Part shown: positions 38,404 through 50,376 of the stretch, one piece after another
Position numbering within the stretch: the stretch's first letter is position 1
How the letters are laid out: every line of letters starts with the position of its first letter
NCBI GenBank assembly: GCA_052144055.1
Contig: JBKQRF010000172.1
Coordinates: 1-58,306, forward strand
Source of the DNA: Candidatus Limnocylindrales bacterium
Lineage (GTDB): Bacteria > Chloroflexota > Limnocylindria > Limnocylindrales > CSP1-4
Direction of reading: 5' to 3'
DNA length: 58,306 nucleotides
The notes under the pieces: generated by a model
Databases searched by the model: none
What the model was told of the DNA's origin: nothing
Seen by the model: the letters and a program-made list of their open reading frames with translations, nothing else
Program-made: the position numbers and the translations under genes

Positions 38404-39338
38404 AGCGTCTCATCTTCCACAGCGAAGCCGAGCCCGAACCGCTTGCGGGTGAAGGCTTCCGCGGACAACGGGACCATCACCGCCCGCTCGGCATCGACGC
38501 CCGGGACCCACGGGCCCGTCCGGAGCACGAGCGTGGGAATGCCCTCCCGCTCGATCGTGCGGCTCAATTCGTCCGCTTCGGCGTGGGCGAGCGTGGCTAC
38601 CACTGACCACGACTCCCGCGGGACGGGCAGCTCGCTGCGCCCAATGTCGCGCGTCCAGCCCTCGTCGGCCAGCGCCTTGACCAACCGGATCTCCCGCGCG
38701 AGATCGTGCCCGCGTTCGAAGAGCCCAGACCCCACGATCAGGATGTCGGCGCCGCACCCACCGACCATGTCCGCCGTCTCGAGGCCGATCCCGCCCTCGA
38801 CGTGCACCTCCCACCCGTACGGACGCCCCGCGAAGAGATCACGGGCATCCCACACCTTGCTGGCCAGCTCGCGCCGAAAGCGCTGTCCCTGCGCGACCGG
38901 GTCCACGAGCAAGACTAGTGCGATGTCCAGGGCGTCGCGGAACGGCACGAGAGCGCCGACCGGTGTGACGGGCCTGATCGCAAGGCCAGGGGCAAGCCCG
39001 GCTCGCCGGACCACCGCGAGCGCCTCGCGCAGAACCTCGACGGACTCGGACGCCTCGACGTGCATAGTGATCGAGTCTGCGCCGGCCCCAACGAGCCCGT
39101 CTACCAGTGTGGACGGGTGGTCGACCAGCAGGTGCACGTCGAGCGGCAGACGTGTGAGCCGGCGCAGCGCGCGCACCACATCCGGCCCGAACGTGAGGTG
39201 GGGCACGAAATGGCCATCCATTACGTCGAGGTGTAGCCGGTCAGCACCCGCACGTTCGAGTTTGCGGACGACGCGGTACAGGTTCCCGAAGTCCGCCTCG
39301 AGGAGACCAGCCGCCAGCCGCGCCCGACCCGTGCTCAA
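38400..39338 (-). CDS. rpe: ribulose-phosphate 3-epimerase-like TIM barrel fused to an ~85-aa C-terminal domain
   Basis: HLDVMDGHFVPHLTFG, LDVHLLV and VEGGI follow the Rpe motif order. TTG 39338 overlaps the rlmN TGA. The C-terminal extension begins about residue 228. Confidence 0.8.
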   Translation of the reverse strand: MSTGRARLAAGLLEADFGNLYRVVRKLERAGADRLHLDVMDGHFVPHLTFGPDVVRALRRLTRLPLDVHLLVDHPSTLVDGLVGAGADSITMHVEASESVEVLREALAVVRRAGLAPGLAIRPVTPVGALVPFRDALDIALVLLVDPVAQGQRFRRELASKVWDARDLFAGRPYGWEVHVEGGIGLETADMVGGCGADILIVGSGLFERGHDLAREIRLVKALADEGWTRDIGRSELPVPRESWSVVATLAHAEADELSRTIEREGIPTLVLRTGPWVPGVDAERAVMVPLSAEAFTRKRFGLGFAVEDETL

Positions 39339-40528
39339 ACGCGCTCGGCGCCGAGTGCCGCCGCCCCCACTCGCTCCAAGCGTTCGCGCCGCAACCGAAC
39401 GACTGCTGGGGCCGGATCTCCCGCATGCTCCGCCGCAAGCTGCCCGCAGGCCGCCCCGATCTCGTCGCCACGGTTGCGGCGGACTGTGACCGGGATCCCG
39501 GCACCGTGGAGCTCTGCCGCGAACGCATCGATCCGCTGCGTGCTGCTGGGGCGCCAGGGCGTGTGGGCGACAGGGTTCATCGGGATCAGGTTCACGTGCG
39601 CCAGGCGCCCGTGCAGCAGGCCAGCGACCGCGGCCCCATCAGCGGATGTGTCGTTGATCCCGTTGATCATCACGTACTCATAACTGACCCGCCGGCCCGT
39701 CGCAGCCGCGTAGGCGCTCGCCGCCTCGACGACCGCAGCCACGGGGTAGCGACGGTTGACCGGCACGAGCACGTCGCGCAGCGCTGGCCGCGCGGCGTGG
39801 AGCGACACCGCAAGCGTCCACGCGGGGTGCAGCGCCGTCAGGCGATCGATACCCGGGATCACACCGCTCGTGCTGATCGCCACGTGCCGCGCGCCCAGCC
39901 CGAATCGAACCGGGTCAACGAGCGCATCGGCGGCGGCGACCACCGCGTCCGCGTTCAGCAGTGGCTCGCCCATGCCCATGAACACGACGTTGGTGACGTG
40001 CCGGCCGGCTGCGGCAAGTCGACGAGCCCAGAAGCGCACCTGGTCCACGATCTCCGCCGTGTCCAGGTCCCGTTCGAAGCCGAGCTCGCCCGAGGCACAG
40101 AATGGGCAGCCGACAGCGCAGCCCGCCTGGCTCGAGATGCAGACCGTCGCCCGCTCGCGACGCCCGGGCCGGCTCGGGTACCGCATCAGCACCGACTCGA
40201 TCAGACAGCCGTCCGCCAAACGATGCAGCGCCTTCTCGGTCAGGCCTCCGTCGGCAGGTCGGACCAGTGTCTCGACGAGCTTCGAGACACTGAACGCCTC
40301 CCCGAGTGCCGCCCGCAGGGCGGCCGGGAGGGTACGCATTTCCGAGACGTCCACGGCATGGCGTCGCCAAAGGAAGTCGCCCACCTGGCGCGCCCGGTAG
40401 GCAGCCTCCCCCGACGACTCCACCCATGCGGCCAGCTCCGCGGGCGGGATACCCGACAGACCGGGCCGCGCGTCCGCGCCCTGGTCAGGGACACGCGTGC
40501 TTACCGGCAGGGCTCGCCGGTCGGACAT
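39335..40528 (-). CDS. rlmN: 23S rRNA/tRNA (adenine-C2)-methyltransferase RlmN (radical SAM)
   Basis: CISSQAGCAVGCPFCASG is the CxxxCxxC cluster, and GMGEPLLN is also present. Start is ATG 40528. Confidence 0.93.
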   Translation of the reverse strand: MSDRRALPVSTRVPDQGADARPGLSGIPPAELAAWVESSGEAAYRARQVGDFLWRRHAVDVSEMRTLPAALRAALGEAFSVSKLVETLVRPADGGLTEKALHRLADGCLIESVLMRYPSRPGRRERATVCISSQAGCAVGCPFCASGELGFERDLDTAEIVDQVRFWARRLAAAGRHVTNVVFMGMGEPLLNADAVVAAADALVDPVRFGLGARHVAISTSGVIPGIDRLTALHPAWTLAVSLHAARPALRDVLVPVNRRYPVAAVVEAASAYAAATGRRVSYEYVMINGINDTSADGAAVAGLLHGRLAHVNLIPMNPVAHTPWRPSSTQRIDAFAAELHGAGIPVTVRRNRGDEIGAACGQLAAEHAGDPAPAVVRLRRERLERVGAAALGAERV

Positions 40529-40535
40529 GGGACGT

Positions 40536-41555
40536 TCATGGTAGCGCCGGGTCGCCGACCCGGCTGCCGACAAGCTCCGGGTGGCCCCGCCGGAGCGCTG
40601 CGGAGGTCATCCGGCGGCCGCCGGCCAGCTGTACCTCATCGAGCCGGAGGCTCCCGTCCGCCACGAGCAACGCCAGCCCGTCGCCGTCCGGGACAAAGTA
40701 GCCGATGACGCCGTCACCGGTGAGCGGACGCTGGTCTGGCGGGGCGCCCCGCCGGTTGACGACGAGCGGCCTAGCAGCCCACACGATCAGCCGGCCGGCC
40801 ACCGTCGGGCACCAGGTTCCCGGCCAGGGCTGGTAGGCACGCACCTGCCGCTCGAGCGTCACGGCGTCCCGCTCCGGGTCCAAGCGTCCATGCTCGCGCC
40901 GCAGCGGACGCGACATCGTGACGCCCTCGGAGGGCTGTGGACGCACCTGCCTTCGACCCGCGAGCCAGTCCCCGATCGTCGAGCGCAGGAGCTCCGCTCC
41001 TTCCGCCGCAAGCCACGCCTCCAGCTGTGGTGCCGTCTCCGCCCCATCGAGCGACACGGCCACCTGCGCCACCACCGGTCCGGTGTCGAGCCCCTCGTCC
41101 ATGCACATCAGCGTCACGCCCGCCTGCCGGTCCCCGGCCAGGATCGTGGCCGCAACCGGCGACGCTCCGCGGTGGCGCGGTAGCAGCGACGGGTGCAGGT
41201 TCAGCGCCCCGTGCTCCGGGCGCGCGAGAAGAGCGCCCGGCACGAGCTGCCCATAGTCGGCCAGCACGAGCAGCTCGGGGCTCAGTGCGAGGACATCGGC
41301 GATCGCGGACTCGGCCCGCAGTCTGACCGGTTCGAGGATGGGCGCGAGGCCGAGCGTCTCCGCCCGCAATGCCACGGGCGACCGGTGCACGCTGGCGCCG
41401 CGGCCAGCGGGCCTCGGTGGTCCAGCCACGACGCCGACCATCCGCACCTCGCGGAGGGACGCGAGGGCATCGATGATGGGCAGTCCGAACGGGCCTGTGC
41501 CGAGGAAGACGGTGGGGACGCCGCTCGTCGCCGGGACGGTCGGCTTCACGGTCAC
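40536..41555 (-). CDS. fmt: methionyl-tRNA formyltransferase
   Basis: VFLGTGPFGLPIIDAL, NLHPSLLPRHRGASP and the C-terminal OB-like domain are present. Confidence 0.95.
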   Translation of the reverse strand: MTVKPTVPATSGVPTVFLGTGPFGLPIIDALASLREVRMVGVVAGPPRPAGRGASVHRSPVALRAETLGLAPILEPVRLRAESAIADVLALSPELLVLADYGQLVPGALLARPEHGALNLHPSLLPRHRGASPVAATILAGDRQAGVTLMCMDEGLDTGPVVAQVAVSLDGAETAPQLEAWLAAEGAELLRSTIGDWLAGRRQVRPQPSEGVTMSRPLRREHGRLDPERDAVTLERQVRAYQPWPGTWCPTVAGRLIVWAARPLVVNRRGAPPDQRPLTGDGVIGYFVPDGDGLALLVADGSLRLDEVQLAGGRRMTSAALRRGHPELVGSRVGDPALP

Positions 41556-42073
41556 CCGACGAGGGTGCGGTGCTCGGCGCCCAGCCCGGTCTCCTGCTCC
41601 GCGTCGTCCTGGCCGACGGGGAACAGCTCGTCCATCGAACTCAGGTAATCGATATAGAGCTTACCGTGCAAGTGGTCGATCTCATGCTGCATCGCGCGCG
41701 CCAGAAGACCGGCGCCGGCCACCTTGATCGTCCGTCCCAGCCGGTTCTGCGCAACGATCCACACGCGCTCCCGGCGCGTGACGTACGCCGCGTACCCCGG
41801 GATGCTGAGGCAGCCCTCGATGTCCCGATCGTCCCCGCTGGCGCGGACGATCGTCGGGTTGACCAGTTCGTGCAGCTGGCCTTCCAGTTCGACCACGCAG
41901 GCCTGCAGTGCAACGCCGATTTGGGGAGCGGCGAGCCCGACGCCGGGGGCGGCCCGCATCGTCTCAGCGAGGTCGCCGAGCAGTTCGTGAAGGTACTTTC
42001 CGAAACTGTCCACGGGCTCGCCCTTGAGCCGCAGCCTCGGGTCGCCGAGCAGGACGATTGGCTTCACGGTCAT
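41552..42073 (-). CDS. def: peptide deformylase
   Basis: GVGLAAPQIG, EGCLSIPG and HEIDHLHG are the Def motifs. Start is ATG 42073. Confidence 0.95.
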   Translation of the reverse strand: MTVKPIVLLGDPRLRLKGEPVDSFGKYLHELLGDLAETMRAAPGVGLAAPQIGVALQACVVELEGQLHELVNPTIVRASGDDRDIEGCLSIPGYAAYVTRRERVWIVAQNRLGRTIKVAGAGLLARAMQHEIDHLHGKLYIDYLSSMDELFPVGQDDAEQETGLGAEHRTLVG

Positions 42074-42104
42074 GATGCGGGAGGATACCGGGAACTCGCG
42101 CGGC

Positions 42105-44657
42105 TCACAGCAGCGACTCCGGGTCGACGTCGACACTCCAGGGAGGTCCGGGGTCCCGCTCGAGGATCCCAACGGGGTCCGGCCCGCACACCACGACGTG
42201 GAAGCGCCATCGCCCGGCCCGCCGGGCGATGTAGGCGGGCACCGGCCCCAGGACCTCGTGCGACGGAGTGGCAGCGCCCGGAGTCCCCGACTGTGCTGCG
42301 GCCCGCTCTCGCAGCGAAGCCGCCATGCGCGCGGCCTCTACCTCGGCGGAGTCGCGGTCCTCGAGAGCGACGGTCAGCTTCATCAGGCGCCCGTACGGCG
42401 GGAGCCCGAACGCCCTCCGCTCGGCGAGCTCGGCCTCGTAGAACGTCCCGGCGTCGCCGGACGCCACGGCGAGGACGGCCGCATGCGTGGGTTGGTAGGT
42501 TTGTACGAACGCCTGACCCGGCTGCTCGCCCCTCCCTGCCCGGCCGACCGCCTGCGCCAGAAGCTGGTACGTCCGCTCGGCCGCCCGGATGTCCGGCAGG
42601 TTCAGCGCGATGTCGGCCGACACCACGCCGACGAGGGTCACCTCCGGGACGTCGATGCCCTTGGCGACGAGCCCGGTCCCCACCAAGACGTCGATCCGCC
42701 CGTCCCGGAGGTCGTCCAGGACGCGCTCGCCGGCACCCCGACGGGCCAGCACGTCGCGGTCTAAGCGGGCGGTGCGCAACCGGGGAAATCGTTCACGCAC
42801 CTCCCGCTCGAGACGCTCGGTCCCTCCCCCTAGGTAGCGAATGCGCGGCGACCCGCAAGCCGGGCACCGATCCGCCAGCGGGGCGGTGGCGCCGCAGTGG
42901 TGGCAGCGCAGCGCGACCGCGGCCGCGTGGTAGACGAGCGGTCGTCGGCACTCTGGACAGACCTGCACGTACCCGCAGTCGCGGCACAAGACCACGCTCG
43001 CCGACCCCCGGCGGTTGATCATAAGGATCGCCCGGTCGCCAGCCGCCACGTCGAGCGCGGCGAGCGCTGCGGCGAGCGGCCGCGAGAGCAGACTGCGGTT
43101 GCCGGCAGCGAGCTCTGCGCGCAGGTCAACTACGGTCACCCGCGGCAGCGCGCCGGACACCCGTTCGGAGAGCGGGAAGTGCTCGATCTCGCCCACGAGC
43201 GCACGGCCCAGCGTCGCGACGTCGGGTGTCGCGCTGCCCAGCACGACGGGCGCGCGCGCGAGCCGCCCCAGCTCGAGTGCCACGTCGCGAGCCTGATAGC
43301 GGGGCGTCCGATCAGACTTGTAGGCTGCGTCGTGCTCCTCGTCCACGATCACGACCCCCGGGTCCTCGAGCGGGGCGAGGACGGCCGTCCGCGTCCCGAC
43401 CACGATCCGCGCCTCTCCGGCGCGGATCCGCCTCCACTCGTCGGACCGTTCCCCGTCCGAGAGCGCGCCGTGCACGAGCGCGATGTCGAGACCGAGGCCG
43501 GCGCGCAGGCGATCGACCAAGGGCATGGCGAGCGCGATCTCCGGCACCAGCACGAGGGCGCCGCGGCCGACGGCGAGCGCGGCATCGATGGCCATGGCAT
43601 AGACGGCGGTGCGGCCGGCGCCGGTGACGCCGTCGAGCAGGAACGTTCCGGCACGCCGGTCATAGACGGCGGCGATGATGGCCCGCGATGCCCTCGCCTG
43701 CGATACCGAGAGGCTGGCGTCGGGCGGCGCGGGGCCACGGGACCCTGCGGAACGATAGGCTAGCGGCCGGCGCACACGCTCGCCGACACTCAGTTCGACC
43801 AGGCCGCGCCGGGCTAGGGCCGCCACCGTCCCGGCGCCGTGGGCTGCAGAGAGTCGGGCGGCCGGGAGTGTCTCGCCAGAAGGCACCACAGCGAGAACGC
43901 CCAGCACCTCGCGCTGCCGCACTCCGAGGCGGGCGCCGCCGGCCGCGGCGCTATCGCGTACCGCCGCTCGGCCGGCGGCGGTGAGCGCCACGCGCCGTTC
44001 GAGGCGGATTGGCGATCCCGAGGCCGTCAGGCGCCATTCCAAGTGGATCGTGCCGACGGCCTCCAACGCCCGCAGCTCGCGGACGAGCGCCGCGCGCCCG
44101 CCGGCCCACGCAAGGGCCCGCAGGGCGACGCCGTGCGCTCCCGCCGCGGCGATCCGAATGAGGGCCGCGTCGAGGGGTGCGCGGGACACGTCCGCCAATG
44201 GCCCCGCGATGTTCCCGGGAGCGGCGTCGCCACGAACCCCGCCATCCGCACCAGGCGGCACTGGGGCACCGCCCGCGATCGCGACTAGGTCGAGCCGCTC
44301 CAGCAACCCTGGCGGGACGGCGGCACGCACTACGAGCGCGAGGGGAGCGAGATAGTGGCGTGCCACCTCCCGGACAAGAGCGAGCTGCAGCGCTGGCAGC
44401 AGCGGACCGTCGGCACGGACGCGCGCCGCGACTCGCTTCACGGTCACGCCGGTCGGGGCCTCTGCCTCTCCTAGCACGATCCCGACCGCCTCCCGGCGGC
44501 CATACTCGACCAGCACCGGCTCACCCGCGCGCAGGTCCAGCAGGTCCGGAGGTACAGCGTAGGTGTACGTCCGGTCGCCACCCTGCCCGGGCACGTCGAC
44601 CGCGACTTCGACCAGACGCTCGCCGGTCGACACCTCGCACCCGCCCCCGGAGGGCAC
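42105..44657 (-). CDS. priA: primosomal protein N' (PriA helicase)
   Basis: LLDGVTGAGRTAVY and DEEHD are present, along with the Cys-rich zinc region CRDCGYVQVCPECRRPLVYH...CHHCG...CPACGS. The exact start is uncertain. Confidence 0.93.
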   Translation of the reverse strand: MPSGGGCEVSTGERLVEVAVDVPGQGGDRTYTYAVPPDLLDLRAGEPVLVEYGRREAVGIVLGEAEAPTGVTVKRVAARVRADGPLLPALQLALVREVARHYLAPLALVVRAAVPPGLLERLDLVAIAGGAPVPPGADGGVRGDAAPGNIAGPLADVSRAPLDAALIRIAAAGAHGVALRALAWAGGRAALVRELRALEAVGTIHLEWRLTASGSPIRLERRVALTAAGRAAVRDSAAAGGARLGVRQREVLGVLAVVPSGETLPAARLSAAHGAGTVAALARRGLVELSVGERVRRPLAYRSAGSRGPAPPDASLSVSQARASRAIIAAVYDRRAGTFLLDGVTGAGRTAVYAMAIDAALAVGRGALVLVPEIALAMPLVDRLRAGLGLDIALVHGALSDGERSDEWRRIRAGEARIVVGTRTAVLAPLEDPGVVIVDEEHDAAYKSDRTPRYQARDVALELGRLARAPVVLGSATPDVATLGRALVGEIEHFPLSERVSGALPRVTVVDLRAELAAGNRSLLSRPLAAALAALDVAAGDRAILMINRRGSASVVLCRDCGYVQVCPECRRPLVYHAAAVALRCHHCGATAPLADRCPACGSPRIRYLGGGTERLEREVRERFPRLRTARLDRDVLARRGAGERVLDDLRDGRIDVLVGTGLVAKGIDVPEVTLVGVVSADIALNLPDIRAAERTYQLLAQAVGRAGRGEQPGQAFVQTYQPTHAAVLAVASGDAGTFYEAELAERRAFGLPPYGRLMKLTVALEDRDSAEVEAARMAASLRERAAAQSGTPGAATPSHEVLGPVPAYIARRAGRWRFHVVVCGPDPVGILERDPGPPWSVDVDPESLL

Positions 44658-44659
44658 CG

Positions 44660-45280
44660 TCAGAGCTCGACGCGCCGATCGGGGTGGCGCGCCCGCTCTT
44701 CCTCGATGATCCGGGCGACGCAGGCGGCCGTGCGGGCGACCTCGCCAGTCTCGTTGACGACCACGTGGTCGTAGTCGCCCTGGCGAGCGAGTTCGACGGC
44801 TGCGTCCCGCTGGCGTACGTGCAGCTGGTCCGCCGTCTCTGTGGCGCGGTCGCGCAGCCGGCCGAACAGAGCCTCGAGCGACGGTGGCACGAGAAAGATC
44901 AGCAGCGCAGCGGGGACACGCTGCTTCACCGCCCGGGCACCCTGGACGTCGATCTTCAGAATCGCATGGTTGCCTCGCTCCAGCGCCCGACAGACGGCCC
45001 CGCGCGGCGTGCCGTACCAGTGCGAGCCGTGCACCTGGTTTGCCTCGAGCAGCTCTCCCGCGTCTCGCATGGCGAGGAACTTGTCCTCCGGCAGGAAGTG
45101 GTAGTGCGTGCCGTCCAATTCACCACTCCGTGCGGCCCGCGTCGTGCAGGTCACGATGTACTCGTACTCAGGCCGATCGTGATTCGCACGGAGCGTCTCG
45201 ATGATCGTGTCCTTACCCACTCCGGACGGACCCGAGATGATCACGATCATGGCACCGGCGGCCCCGCGGCAGAACGTCAT
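44660..45280 (-). CDS. gmk: guanylate kinase
   Basis: IVIISGPSGVGKDT and YEYIVTCTTR match Gmk. ATG 45280 overlaps the rluD TGA (ATGA). Confidence 0.95.
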   Translation of the reverse strand: MTFCRGAAGAMIVIISGPSGVGKDTIIETLRANHDRPEYEYIVTCTTRAARSGELDGTHYHFLPEDKFLAMRDAGELLEANQVHGSHWYGTPRGAVCRALERGNHAILKIDVQGARAVKQRVPAALLIFLVPPSLEALFGRLRDRATETADQLHVRQRDAAVELARQGDYDHVVVNETGEVARTAACVARIIEEERARHPDRRVEL

Positions 45281-46221
45281 GACGGCGTCCCCTCCCTGCC
45301 TCGTCGGAGCGCCCCAAGCACGACCTCTAGTCCGTCCGGCAGCACGGACGTGGCGTGGATCACGCGCCCGCCGGAGGGTGCCTCGAGCTCAAGGCGCCAG
45401 GCGTGCAGGAAGAGCCGGTCCAGCCCTGCCGGTCCATGCCGCGCCTCGCCGGTCGCGTAGACCGGGTCGCCTGCCACAGGGTGCCCAATCGACGCGAGGT
45501 GGACGCGGATCTGGTGCGTACGGCCGGTCACTAGGTCCACCTCCAGCAGTGTCCAAGCACCGAACCGCTCGCGCACCCGGTACGCCGTGACGGCGGGTCG
45601 TCCATTCGGGACGACGGCCATCCGCGTCCGGTGGCGCGGGTCGCGTCCGACCGGCGCCTCGATCCGTCCGACGGTCGCGGGCGGCTCACCCGACACGAGC
45701 GCGAGATACGTCTTCTTGACGCGGCGGGCCTTGAGCTGCGCCATCAGGCTCATCTGCGCCCGATCGTTGCGCGCCACCATCAGGAGGCCGCTCGTATCGC
45801 GGTCGAGGCGGTGCACGATCCCCGGCCGTCCCACCCCAGCGATGCCGCCGAACGTCTCGGGCCCGCCGATCGCCAGCAACGCGTTGACGAGCGTGCCGCC
45901 AGCGTGCCCGGGAGAGGGATGCGTGACGAGGCCCGCCGGCTTGTCGACGATCATCACGTCGCCGTCCTCGTACACCACCCGCAGTGGGATCTGCTCGGGC
46001 TCGATCTGGACCGGCCGGACATCGGGGACATCGAGCTCGAGCGCGTCGCCTGACGCGATGGGCACGTTGGCGCGAATGGCTCGGCCATCCCGGGTCAGCC
46101 GGCCCTCGCGGATTAGACGCTGGACGTAGGCGCGCGACATCCCCGTCGCATCTGCGACGAACCGGTCCGCGCGGAGCCTGTCGGCACCCGCCGGGACGGT
46201 CAGGCTCACGCGCTCCGCCAT
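45277..46221 (-). CDS. rluD: RluA family pseudouridine synthase (RluD-like)
   Basis: It has an N-terminal S4 domain, HRLDRDTSGLLMVA and RTHQIRVHLA. Confidence 0.9.
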   Translation of the reverse strand: MAERVSLTVPAGADRLRADRFVADATGMSRAYVQRLIREGRLTRDGRAIRANVPIASGDALELDVPDVRPVQIEPEQIPLRVVYEDGDVMIVDKPAGLVTHPSPGHAGGTLVNALLAIGGPETFGGIAGVGRPGIVHRLDRDTSGLLMVARNDRAQMSLMAQLKARRVKKTYLALVSGEPPATVGRIEAPVGRDPRHRTRMAVVPNGRPAVTAYRVRERFGAWTLLEVDLVTGRTHQIRVHLASIGHPVAGDPVYATGEARHGPAGLDRLFLHAWRLELEAPSGGRVIHATSVLPDGLEVVLGALRRGREGTPS

Positions 46222-46898
46222 CTAGCCGGGTCGGCCGTCCGAGATCCCGGCGGCGTCGGCCCCCTCGCCGGTCTCGAACCTGGCCGTGTCGCCGGTCTCG
46301 TGGCCGGTCCCAGCCGTCTCACGCTCCAGGTCGTGCCCCGCGACGCGCGCCGGAGCGAACGGATCGCCTAGGAAGCCGAGCCCCACGAGGACCACGATCG
46401 AGACGCTGATCGAAGCATCTGCCACGTTGAACGTGTAGAAGCGCCACGTCCCGATCCCCATGTCGACGAAGTCGATCACGTAGCCCAGCCGGATGCGATC
46501 GATCTCGTTGCCGATCGCGCCGCCGAGCAGGAGTCCCAGCGTCAGCGTGAGCAGGAACGAGCCGCGCCCTCCGCGCGCGAGCTCGTACCACACGATCACG
46601 GCGATGGCGACCAGGCTGCCGATCGCGAAGAGCGACACGCTCGACCCGAACAAGCCGAAGATCGCTCCGTTGTTGTAGCCCTTCGCGATCCGCACGAAGT
46701 CTCCGAGTAGCGGCGTGGGAGCCGCGACCGACGCCGCGACGGTGCCGGAAGCTCCGCTCAGCCTGAACGACTGATCGACCCAGGCCTTCGAGAGCTGGTC
46801 TGCGATCACCACCGCAGCCGACACGCCGCCGAACACCAGAAGGCGAGGCCAGGTCGTGCCGGCGATCGCGCGCGGCCCCCCGGTCACATCCGCCTCGC

Positions 46899-46902
<4 letters not shown>
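46222..46902 (-). CDS. lspA: signal peptidase II (lipoprotein signal peptidase)
   Basis: VVIADQLSKAWV, GYNNGAIFG and GNEIDRIRLGYVIDFVD...FNVADASISV match LspA. GTG 46902 overlaps the ileS TGA. There is an acidic C-terminal tail. Confidence 0.9.
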
Positions 46903-50273
<3,371 letters not shown>

Positions 50274-50364
50274 CTGGCGGCAAGGATACCGAAACGCGTT
50301 CGGCGCCCGCGCGCCGGGCGGACGCCGATGGCCTGAGCGACGGACCCAGTCGCGCCACAGCGTC

Positions 50365-50370
50365 TATGAT
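50365..50370 (+). promoter_or_regulatory. candidate -10 hexamer (TATGAT) 6 nt before the LCP start codon (leaderless candidate)
   Basis: The sequence reads CGTC-TATGAT-CCGGCC-GTGGTG, and there is no RBS. Confidence 0.3.
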
Positions 50371-50376
50371 CCGGCC

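Noticed and set aside
50274-50376. A T-box or other riboswitch leader upstream of ileS, and likewise upstream of proS at 6890..7025.
   Set aside because: There is no T-box consensus (AANNNGGGTGGNACCGCG-like), no specifier/antiterminator arrangement is visible, and the gaps are short.
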